From NCBI GenBank assembly GCA_035542615.1, contig DATKLB010000022.1:1-36367 (forward strand): DNA of 36,367 nt, written 5' to 3'. This document shows positions 24,972 to 32,093 of this stretch, in pieces. The notes beneath the pieces were generated by a model that worked only from the letters and a program-made list of their open reading frames with translations, made no database searches and had not been told where the DNA came from. The first letter of the stretch is position 1. Every line of letters begins with the position of its first letter. The position numbers and the translations under genes are program-made. The DNA comes from Spirochaetia bacterium (GTDB lineage Bacteria; Spirochaetota; Spirochaetia; SZUA-6; Fen-1364).

Positions 24972-25919
24972 TCAGGATACCTCCTTTTCTTCGGTGATCA
25001 GGTTGAGGAAGATGTCTTCCAGGGTGAGATCCATCGTTTTCATCATCAGGATCGGGTACCCGGCCCGGGCGAGCGCATGGAAAAGCGGTCGCCGGATGTC
25101 TGACTCACGCCCTGCCTCCACAACGATATCCACGGTGTCCGGCTCCCTGCTGCCGACTGCTTCGGCCTTGACCACATCGTTCACACCGCGAATGAGAGCA
25201 AGGACGTCCCGCTCGGGCCCGGCGATACGCAGAGTGAGCCGGTTGTCACCCACGAGGCCGCGGGAGAGGTTTTCCGGGGTGTCGCTTGCAACGATCTTTC
25301 CCTTGTTGATGATGAGCACACGCGTGCAGACGGCCTGGACCTCGGGCAGGATGTGGGAGCTCAGGATGATGGTGTGCTCCTTCCCGAGCTCGCGGATCAG
25401 GTTTCGTATCTCAATGATCTGCTGCGGGTCGAGGCCGATCGTCGGCTCGTCCAGAATGAGCACGGGAGGCGTGCCGATAAGCGCCTGGGCCAGGCCGACG
25501 CGCTGCTTGTATCCCTTGGAAAGGTTTTTGATGAGCCTGCCGCTGACATCAGTCGTCCTTGTGCGCTCCATGGCGTTGTCCATGTTTTCCCGGCGTCGGG
25601 AGCGTGGAACACCCTTGATGTCGCTCACGAAAGAGAGATAGTCATGGACGGTCATCTCCACGTACACGGGGGGAAGCTCGGGCATGTAGCCGATCTGCCG
25701 CTTCACTACCTCGGGCTCTTCCAGGATGTCGTGCCCGTCCAGCTTCACCGATCCCTCCGTTGCGGAGAGATAGCCGGTGATGATGTTCATGGTCGTTGAT
25801 TTTCCGGCGCCGTTGGGTCCAAGGAAGCCCAGGATCTCTCCCTTGTTGACCAGGAAGTCGAGGTGATCCACCGCGACGCGCTGGCCGTACTTTTTCGTGA
25901 CGTTCTCGACCTGTATCAA
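24972..25919 (-). CDS. ABC transporter ATP-binding protein (GldA-like)
   Basis: TTG start at 25919 after GAAAGGAG. Has Walker A GPNGAGKST, the signature LSKGYKQR and Walker B VLILDEPTIGLD. The 171-codon upstream extension in the track ORF is Arg/Ser/Pro-rich junk. Confidence 0.9.
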   Translation of the reverse strand: MIQVENVTKKYGQRVAVDHLDFLVNKGEILGFLGPNGAGKSTTMNIITGYLSATEGSVKLDGHDILEEPEVVKRQIGYMPELPPVYVEMTVHDYLSFVSDIKGVPRSRRRENMDNAMERTRTTDVSGRLIKNLSKGYKQRVGLAQALIGTPPVLILDEPTIGLDPQQIIEIRNLIRELGKEHTIILSSHILPEVQAVCTRVLIINKGKIVASDTPENLSRGLVGDNRLTLRIAGPERDVLALIRGVNDVVKAEAVGSREPDTVDIVVEAGRESDIRRPLFHALARAGYPILMMKTMDLTLEDIFLNLITEEKEVS

Positions 25920-25965
25920 GGCGTTCTCCTTTCGCTGCGCGAGTGTTTGTATACCAAAATGAAGC

Positions 25966-26667
25966 TCATGTGAATATTGGAGACGTGAATGAAAGGAGCT
26001 CCCGGAGGTCCCGGATCCGCAGAAGCGGCGGCTCTCCGGGACCCGGCCATTCCCTGCCGTCGGGCGCGAACCAGCACGCGTCGATCCCGGCGGTCCTTGC
26101 CCCTTCGATGTCGGAGCCCGGGTTGTCCCCGACGCACAAGAGCTCCTCCGCCGGGATCGACATTTCCTCGACCGCAGCCTGAAAGAATCGGGGGTCGGGC
26201 TTCGCCGTGCCGAGCTCCTCCGAGATGATGATCGCCCGAAAACGCTCCGATATGCCGGACCGCTCGAGTCTTCCGCGCTGCACCATGCTGATCCCGTTCG
26301 TGATGAGCCCGAGGGAGGATGAGCGGGCGAGCGCCTCGACGACTTCCCTGGCATGCGGGAGAAAGTAGGCCCTTGTCGACAGCCGCTCGAGGTAGCGGCG
26401 GGAAATGCGCTCGGCGTCGCCGTCATGGCCAAGGGAGTCGAGCAGAGAACGGAACCGGCCTGTTTTCAGCTCTTTGAGGCTGATGGTTCCCTGCTCGAAC
26501 CGCCGCCAGAAGTCGGCGTTGATATCGTGGTACGCAGACAGGGCCTCTTCGATGGGGACGTCGGGAATTGCTTCGCCGAGGGTTTCCGTCAGCGCCTCTT
26601 TCTCGGCCCTGTCGTAGTCGAAGAGAGTATTGTCCGCGTCGAAAAGAAAGCCTCTGTACCTTTTCAT
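25966..26667 (-). CDS. HAD-IA hydrolase (YjjG-like nucleotidase family)
   Basis: I prefer ATG 26667. Motif I is FLFDADNTLFDY. Also has LGLITNG and a C-terminal CVGDNPGSDIEGA. Confidence 0.8.
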   Translation of the reverse strand: MKRYRGFLFDADNTLFDYDRAEKEALTETLGEAIPDVPIEEALSAYHDINADFWRRFEQGTISLKELKTGRFRSLLDSLGHDGDAERISRRYLERLSTRAYFLPHAREVVEALARSSSLGLITNGISMVQRGRLERSGISERFRAIIISEELGTAKPDPRFFQAAVEEMSIPAEELLCVGDNPGSDIEGARTAGIDACWFAPDGREWPGPGEPPLLRIRDLRELLSFTSPIFT

Positions 26668-26739
26668 CGATATCCTGAAATCATGCAAAAAAATGCAGCG
26701 GGTGGGCAAGAGCATGATGCCGGACGGTGCTTCAGTGAC

Positions 26740-26767
26740 TTGACTTTTTTGCGAGAGTAGGTAAATT
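26740..26767 (+). promoter_or_regulatory. Candidate sigma70-type promoter (TTGACT-16-TAAATT) for the small zinc-ribbon gene
   Basis: -35 TTGACT is at 26740-26745 and -10 TAAATT at 26762-26767, within a locally AT-rich spacer. Confidence 0.5.
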
Positions 26768-26852
26768 TGCATGGAAATTTCGGCTCCGCTTTCCCCTGTC
26801 AGGACAGAAGCAGAGACTCGATTCAAATCCGACGGAAGGAGGTAAAAGAAAC

Positions 26853-27029
26853 ATGGCCGAGGTCATCAGCAAGAACGCGAGGGTCGGGGTCGTTACGCAG
26901 AAGTTTTTCTGCACATGTGGCGGCGAGGTAAAGATGAAACAGATCTTCAATGGCGGAAAGCTGCGGAACATCGCTCAGTGCGAAAAGTGCCAGCGACAGG
27001 AGCGCAAGCCCAGCGATTTCAAAGCCTAG
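26853..27029 (+). CDS. 58-aa Cys4 zinc-ribbon-like small protein (not in the ORF track)
   Basis: Translates as MAEVISKNARVGVVTQKFFCTCGGEVKMKQIFNGGKLRNIAQCEKCQRQERKPSDFKA. A consensus RBS AAGGAGG lies about 9 nt upstream, with its own promoter and a strong terminator downstream. The Cys pattern is CxC...CxxC. Confidence 0.6.
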   Translation: MAEVISKNARVGVVTQKFFCTCGGEVKMKQIFNGGKLRNIAQCEKCQRQERKPSDFKA

Positions 27030-27880
27030 CACGACCGTGACGACCCATTCCCAGCACTGCTCCGCATGCCGGGGCAGTTCGGAGAATGGGTTTTTTTTGC
27101 CCGCTGGCCCAGCTCGGAGCGCCCGCGCCCCGAGCCCGCTGCGGGCGCTTCCCGCCATCTGTGAACCTGTCCTCTGATCTCACGCTCAATCCTCGTGAGC
27201 AGGTCCAGGATCTCCCTCTTGCCGCGCGGGGGAGGGTACAGCGTCAGGGGCTGCGCCCTGTAGCAGGTACCGGGCAAACCCGTCAGGAGCTTCGTCAATG
27301 TCGATATGCGGTATCCGCCGTCGAGAGCGACGGAGAGAACCGGAAGCGGAGCGCGCTCCAGGATGATGCGAAACGCCCCGCTTTGAAACTGCTGCACTTC
27401 CCCGGTGCCCGATCTCCTGCCCTCCGGGAACACCATCGGGCAGACGCCCTCCGCGGTGAGATCGGCAAGCCGGGTGAGTATCCGACGGCCGGCGCGGTAA
27501 TCGCTGGTGCGGGAGATCACGGCGTGCCTGCCCAATCGAAGCGACAAGGACACGTACGGGACTCCCCGCGCGAGCTCCTTCTTGGCAACGAAGCGCAGGT
27601 GGTGGCCGGGAAAGATCTGGGGCAGAACCGCGATATCCGCCAGGCTCTGGTGATTCGACACGACCATGAACACGGGAGGAAGGGCGCCCCGATACCGCCG
27701 AAAGTCTCTGCGCAGCCCTCCGAAACCGGCAAGGATGAAGAGCTTCCTTCCGATCGAAATCTGCTGCTCCGTGACGCGCCGCGTGACCTCGTCAGGACGA
27801 AAGATTGCAGTGAACCTGAGAATCACCGAGCCGCGGAAGAGAAGTCCAAGTCCGCCGAGGACGAGGAAGATGACCCCCAC
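27026..27880 (-). CDS. plsC: 1-acyl-sn-glycerol-3-phosphate acyltransferase (PlsC family)
   Basis: GTG start. Has the N-terminal TM segment, the acyltransferase motifs NHQSLADI (NHxxxxD) and FPEGRRSGTG, and VLSVALDGG. The roughly 45-aa low-complexity C-terminal tail is encoded antisense to the terminator above. Confidence 0.8.
   Translation of the reverse strand: MGVIFLVLGGLGLLFRGSVILRFTAIFRPDEVTRRVTEQQISIGRKLFILAGFGGLRRDFRRYRGALPPVFMVVSNHQSLADIAVLPQIFPGHHLRFVAKKELARGVPYVSLSLRLGRHAVISRTSDYRAGRRILTRLADLTAEGVCPMVFPEGRRSGTGEVQQFQSGAFRIILERAPLPVLSVALDGGYRISTLTKLLTGLPGTCYRAQPLTLYPPPRGKREILDLLTRIEREIRGQVHRWREAPAAGSGRGRSELGQRAKKTHSPNCPGMRSSAGNGSSRSC
27044..27098 (+). terminator. Rho-independent terminator of the small zinc-ribbon gene
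   Basis: CCCATTC (27044-27050) pairs with GAATGGG (27084-27090). An inner ACTGC/GCAGT helix follows, then T8 (27091-27098). Confidence 0.7.
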
Positions 27881-27881
27881 A

Positions 27882-28769
27882 CTACCTCTCCCGGGTGCCC
27901 GCGATTGCCTTTCCCACCTGGCGGATGAACGATGGGTCGGTTCCGCAACATCCTCCGATGACGTTCACGCCGGCGGCGACGAGGGCGGGCACGTAGGAGG
28001 CGTACTGCTCCGCTGTCAGGGGATACGTCACTCTGCCATTCACGATCTGCGGAACGCCGGCATTCGCCTTGACCCACAGCGGGAGCGACGTCAGGCCGCG
28101 CAGGATCGGGGCCAGGGGCACGTAGTCCTCGATGCCCGATCCGCAGTTGGCTCCGATTACAGCGGCGCCTGCCTGCTCGGCTTTTTTCACGCAGGTCTCG
28201 GGAGAGTCTCCCATCATCGTCCTGTACCCGCGGGGCGTGCGGTTGTACGTCATGCTTGCAACGACCGGAAGGTTCGTTTCGCGCACCGCGGCGGACACGG
28301 CGATCGCCATCTCTTCTGCGTCTGTCATCGACTCGATGACAATCAGGTCGACCCCCCCGGCGGCGAGCGACCTTGCCTGCTCGGAAAACACCTGGGAGAG
28401 CTCCTCCGCCGATGTCTCGCCGAGGGCGAGAAACCGGGCGGTCGGGCCGATATCGCCGGCGACCAGGGCGCCGTCCCCAACAACCTCCCGGGCCAGGCTC
28501 GCCGCCCTGCTGTTGATCTCAGCGACTTTCGGCGACAGCCCGTGCGGCTCCAGGCGGAACCGGTTCGCTCCGAAGGTATTCGTGAGAATGACCTGGGCGC
28601 CGGCCTGGAGGTAGTCGTTCACGATGTCCTTGACGATTTCGGGATGCGTTAGGTTCCACTCGTCGGGAGGGCACCCCGGCATGAGCCCGCGCCGAAAAAA
28701 CTCAGTGCCCCATGCGCCGTCGCAGATCATGACGTTCCCGCCTCGCAGCCTTTCGCTCAACGTATCCAT
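27882..28769 (-). CDS. Homocysteine S-methyltransferase-domain protein (stand-alone Hcy-binding module)
   Basis: I prefer ATG 28769. Motifs are MICDGAWGTEF, ILTNTFGAN, and the zinc ligand boxes GANCGSG and IGGCCGT. Confidence 0.8.
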   Translation of the reverse strand: MDTLSERLRGGNVMICDGAWGTEFFRRGLMPGCPPDEWNLTHPEIVKDIVNDYLQAGAQVILTNTFGANRFRLEPHGLSPKVAEINSRAASLAREVVGDGALVAGDIGPTARFLALGETSAEELSQVFSEQARSLAAGGVDLIVIESMTDAEEMAIAVSAAVRETNLPVVASMTYNRTPRGYRTMMGDSPETCVKKAEQAGAAVIGANCGSGIEDYVPLAPILRGLTSLPLWVKANAGVPQIVNGRVTYPLTAEQYASYVPALVAAGVNVIGGCCGTDPSFIRQVGKAIAGTRER

Positions 28770-28835
28770 TTGCCCTATAGTACAGCGCTGCCAAGCTTGT
28801 GAAAAGCGGGGCTTTCCGCTACCCTGACCGCTGCG

Positions 28836-30017
28836 ATGCAGACCTTCCTGATCGTCTACGCGGGTTTGAGCGCGCTCATCCTGGGCTTCCACCTGGCGCT
28901 CGCCGTGGGGCTGGTGCGCAACATGGCCCGGAGCCGGCGGCCGCGAACGCGGTCGGGCTCGACGGCAATGCTGGGCGCGGAGGTCATCGTTGCGCTGCGC
29001 AACGAGGAGCGCACGCTTCCCGCCCTTCTCGAATCGTTGCGGGTTCAAACCCGCAATGACGCGATGTTTCTCTTCGTCGATGATCGATCAACGGATGCGA
29101 CGGGAAGGCTGCTCGACGAGTTCTGCGCCGCCGAGGGGGAGCGCGCGCGCGTGATTCACAACACCCGCGAGCCTCAGGTCCTCACGGGCAAGCAGGCCGC
29201 TCTCGACCTGGCTTTCGCCGCCAGCCGCGGTGATGTGCTGCTTTTCACTGACGGGGACTGCACCGTGGCGCCCGGGTGGGTGGAGGACATGGTCGGCTGC
29301 TTTCAGGATCCGGCAGTCGGTGCGGCGATCGGTCGAATCGAGCTTGAAACGGACGCGAGCTTCCTCCAGAGATTCCAGGCCTTCGAGCAGCCGCTCCTGA
29401 ACCAGTACAATCTGGGTTCTGTCGGGATCGGTCTTGCCACCGGCGGATTCGGAAACACCATGGCAGTGCGCGCGGAGGCAGTGCGGGAAACCGGTGGTTT
29501 CCAGGTTCTCGGCTATTCGGTGACCGAGGATGCAATGCTCCTGGACGCTGTCTGCCACAAAGCGGGCTGGAAGCCCTCCGCGTGCGTCACCGCGGCGGGC
29601 GCGGCGCGCACGATCGCCAAGACGAGATGGGCAGACTACGTGAATCAGCACACCCGGTGGAACGCCGGCGGGCTTTTCTCCGAGGATCCCATCACCCGGT
29701 TTTTCTACGTTCTCGTCGTTCTGATCTACCTGACCGGGAGCCTGCTCGTTCTTCCCCTCGGGATCCTGGACTGGCGTGTGCCTGTTCTGTCCCTCACGTC
29801 GCTGGTGAGCATCGGCATGCTTGCCGCAATCGGCGGTTTCTACGAGGGGAAAGACCGGATTCGCTACTTCGTTCCTTTTCTTCCGTTTCTCGTTTTTTTT
29901 GCATTCTTTTATGTGTTCGTCACCCTGCGTGCGTTCGTGTGGAGGCCTTTCGAATGGAAAGGGAGGATGCTGAGCCCACGCTCCAGTCTCAAACGAACTC
30001 CCGCTGGACCAGCGTGA
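28836..30017 (+). CDS. Integral-membrane family-2 glycosyltransferase (processive/ceramide-glucosyltransferase-like architecture)
   Basis: Has an N-terminal TM segment, then VIVALRNEE...FVDDRSTD, FTDGDC and QHTRWNAGG (the Q-x-x-R-W motif), followed by several C-terminal TM segments. Confidence 0.8.
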   Translation: MQTFLIVYAGLSALILGFHLALAVGLVRNMARSRRPRTRSGSTAMLGAEVIVALRNEERTLPALLESLRVQTRNDAMFLFVDDRSTDATGRLLDEFCAAEGERARVIHNTREPQVLTGKQAALDLAFAASRGDVLLFTDGDCTVAPGWVEDMVGCFQDPAVGAAIGRIELETDASFLQRFQAFEQPLLNQYNLGSVGIGLATGGFGNTMAVRAEAVRETGGFQVLGYSVTEDAMLLDAVCHKAGWKPSACVTAAGAARTIAKTRWADYVNQHTRWNAGGLFSEDPITRFFYVLVVLIYLTGSLLVLPLGILDWRVPVLSLTSLVSIGMLAAIGGFYEGKDRIRYFVPFLPFLVFFAFFYVFVTLRAFVWRPFEWKGRMLSPRSSLKRTPAGPA

Positions 30018-30738
30018 GGAACTCCTGCGGAGAGATGGTGGGCACGCGCAACGGCTCGCGGAGCCATTCCTCCTTGACGTACCCCCATGTGGCCAGATAA
30101 ACTCTGATCGAAGCGCCGACCGCCCGCGCATCGTCAGGCACCAGGTGATCGATCTGATCGTCCACGAACGTGGTCTCTCGGAAGCCGCCCTCCGTGCGCA
30201 CTCGCTCGACGATGTCCATTTTTCTTTCCGAGCCGCTGTACAGGATACGTTCCTTCGGCAGCGCAATTCTGCCTGCCGAGAGGATTTCCGCAATGAACTC
30301 AGGTTTCTTCGTGGACAGGATGTAGACCGGCGCGTCGACGCGGAGCTTGGCGAAGGCAGCGACCATGTGCGGGTAGATCCTGTTCAACGCCAGCCAGGAG
30401 CTTCTGTCTTTCTCGAGCATCTTTTCCCGTGCCTGGTAGAAAAGATCGTGAAAGAGCGTGAGCTTTTTTTCCCCTGCCTTGCGCGCAAGGGCGTCGAACT
30501 CTCCCTGGCCGCGAGCGCTCTCGCCCGTGTCCAGGATCTCCTGGATGAGCATGAAATCGGCCCCGCCTCTTACCAGGGGCCGCAGCCGAGCGAAGTCCCG
30601 GCGCAGGCTCACGGGCATGTACGACGGGTGTCTCCCGAGATAGAGATTGAAGTAGGCGACCCACGAACAGGCGAAGCACTCGTCAATCGAATCGCAGATC
30701 ACTCCATCGAAATCGAGCACGAGCGCCTTGAGGCTCAT
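29989..30738 (-). CDS. HAD-superfamily hydrolase (phosphatase-like)
   Basis: Motif I is VLDFDGVICDS. Also has ILSTKK and a C-terminal FVDDQIDH. Its ATG overlaps the LarA-family stop (ATGA). Confidence 0.7.
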   Translation of the reverse strand: MSLKALVLDFDGVICDSIDECFACSWVAYFNLYLGRHPSYMPVSLRRDFARLRPLVRGGADFMLIQEILDTGESARGQGEFDALARKAGEKKLTLFHDLFYQAREKMLEKDRSSWLALNRIYPHMVAAFAKLRVDAPVYILSTKKPEFIAEILSAGRIALPKERILYSGSERKMDIVERVRTEGGFRETTFVDDQIDHLVPDDARAVGASIRVYLATWGYVKEEWLREPLRVPTISPQEFLTLVQREFV

Positions 30739-32009
30739 GCGCCGCCCGCGGCCCGGTCCCGCGCCAGGCGGTGGAGAATCTCTCCCGCGTGATCGACGAA
30801 AAGCACTCCTTCGTCTTCCTTCCCCCGGTAATCTTCGACCCGCACCGTGGACGGATCGCGGTAGCCCAGATTGATCTTCCGACAGGTGTCCTCGGAAATG
30901 CCCGTTGCGAGCACGACGTCGATGCGGGGTTTTTCCACTCCGTCCGCGAAAGTTCCGATCCCCCGCACGTGCGTCGAGTGCGCGAGCACGCCGCGAGGGA
31001 TGTCGCGAAACTGCTCCATGCGGCCCAGGAACCAGTCACGCACATGGTAGCCTGTACGCTCGAGGTAGCGACCCCAGGTGCGTGAGATATCGCGCACGTG
31101 CGGGGCATAGATGGTGAGGGAGCCGCCGGGGGCGACGACGGGCTCGAGCTTGTACATCACCTTGCCGGCGGTCCACAGCTCGTCGTACATCTCGGGCGCC
31201 CTGCCCAGAACAGTGTGGAAAGGCGCTTCCTTGTAGATGATGTGGATCTGCGCTGACAGGTCGGCAGCCAGGGACCACGCCTCCTCGGGAGTCCCCGCGT
31301 ACAGGCCTGCGAGGGCCCCGTCAGGCCGCACGACCATTGCAAGACATGCGCGGGGTGTGGGAAACAGGCAGGCTGCCATGTCGACCAGCGCCCTCACCGG
31401 CGTGTTCTTGTACCCGATGACCTCCGGGCATGTGATGACAGCGCCGAGCCAGTGAAAGAAGTGGAGGAACTCTCCCCCGGATATCCCGGGGAAGAAGTAT
31501 TTGTTTCCGCCTGAAAAGCCGATCACCTCGTGGGGGAAGACCGGACCCAGGATGAGGATGAGATCATATTCGAAGACCGCGGAATTGATGATTACGTCCA
31601 CGCTCTCATGGAAGAGCCCACCGGACAGCGAATCGATCTTTTCAGCCGGGATCGTCCCGATCTTCCTGAGCGTCGAGGGCAGATCCCAGCGGTGATTGAA
31701 GAATCGAATGCCGGGAAAGACCTCCTCCCTCCGCCCCGCGGGAACACCGAACAGGGCGTCGATCCTCTCCTCGCTGAGGATGGTGTGCGTGCCCAGTGCC
31801 ACCATGAAATCCATCCCCGATGCGCGCCTGCCGACGATGTCTCTGACCACTCGCGCCATGAGCGACAAGGGGCACGTTCGAGTGGGGTCCGGGGTAAGCA
31901 CGAGAACCCGTCGTCCCTCGACGAGGGAGGCCGGGATTCCCTCCTCCACGATGGTGCGGATGTCCGCTTCTGATAGCCTTGCTGATGGGCTGCCGGTTCC
32001 CGTCGCCAT
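30735..32009 (-). CDS. LarA-family (DUF2088) nickel-pincer-cofactor-dependent racemase/epimerase homolog
   Basis: ATG 32009 follows GGGAGGGGA. RVLVLTPDPTR, FMVALGTH, PHEVIGFSGGNKYFFPG, HFFHW and AHSTHVRG fit the LarA family as I recall it. The 337-codon N-terminal extension in the track ORF is a high-GC artefact that overlaps the divergent gene. Confidence 0.8.
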   Translation of the reverse strand: MATGTGSPSARLSEADIRTIVEEGIPASLVEGRRVLVLTPDPTRTCPLSLMARVVRDIVGRRASGMDFMVALGTHTILSEERIDALFGVPAGRREEVFPGIRFFNHRWDLPSTLRKIGTIPAEKIDSLSGGLFHESVDVIINSAVFEYDLILILGPVFPHEVIGFSGGNKYFFPGISGGEFLHFFHWLGAVITCPEVIGYKNTPVRALVDMAACLFPTPRACLAMVVRPDGALAGLYAGTPEEAWSLAADLSAQIHIIYKEAPFHTVLGRAPEMYDELWTAGKVMYKLEPVVAPGGSLTIYAPHVRDISRTWGRYLERTGYHVRDWFLGRMEQFRDIPRGVLAHSTHVRGIGTFADGVEKPRIDVVLATGISEDTCRKINLGYRDPSTVRVEDYRGKEDEGVLFVDHAGEILHRLARDRAAGGA

Positions 32010-32093
32010 GCGCCATCCCCTCCCTGAAGACAAGGATACTGGAAAAGACTCCGCCGGTGTACCATCTCCCGGGGTTCGGCTATAGTCCTGCGC

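Noticed and set aside
26819-26835. A tRNA T-loop-like string, CGATTCAAATCCGACGG, upstream of the small zinc-ribbon gene.
   Set aside because: The flanking arms pair at only 3 of 5 positions. No acceptor, D or anticodon arms can be drawn around it. It overlaps the RBS region of a plausible gene.
29036-29055. A perfect 20-nt palindrome, TTGCGGGTTCAAACCCGCAA, inside the GT2 coding sequence.
   Set aside because: A 9+9 inverted repeat is expected about once by chance in 36 kb when several loop sizes are allowed. It encodes ordinary residues (LRVQTRND), and no T-tract or partner site accompanies it.
813-30293. Other long shadow ORFs opposite confident genes: 813-2111(-), 4996-6045(-), 8803-10044(-), 12031-13059(-), 14850-15632(-), 16136-17221(+), 17175-18218(+), 22581-23501(+), 24059-24997(+), 27666-28652(+) and 29088-30293(-).
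   Set aside because: All of them overlap genes with strong family motifs. They have Arg/Pro/Gly/Ala-biased low-complexity translations and lack RBSs. This is typical of high-GC sequence, where stop codons are rare.
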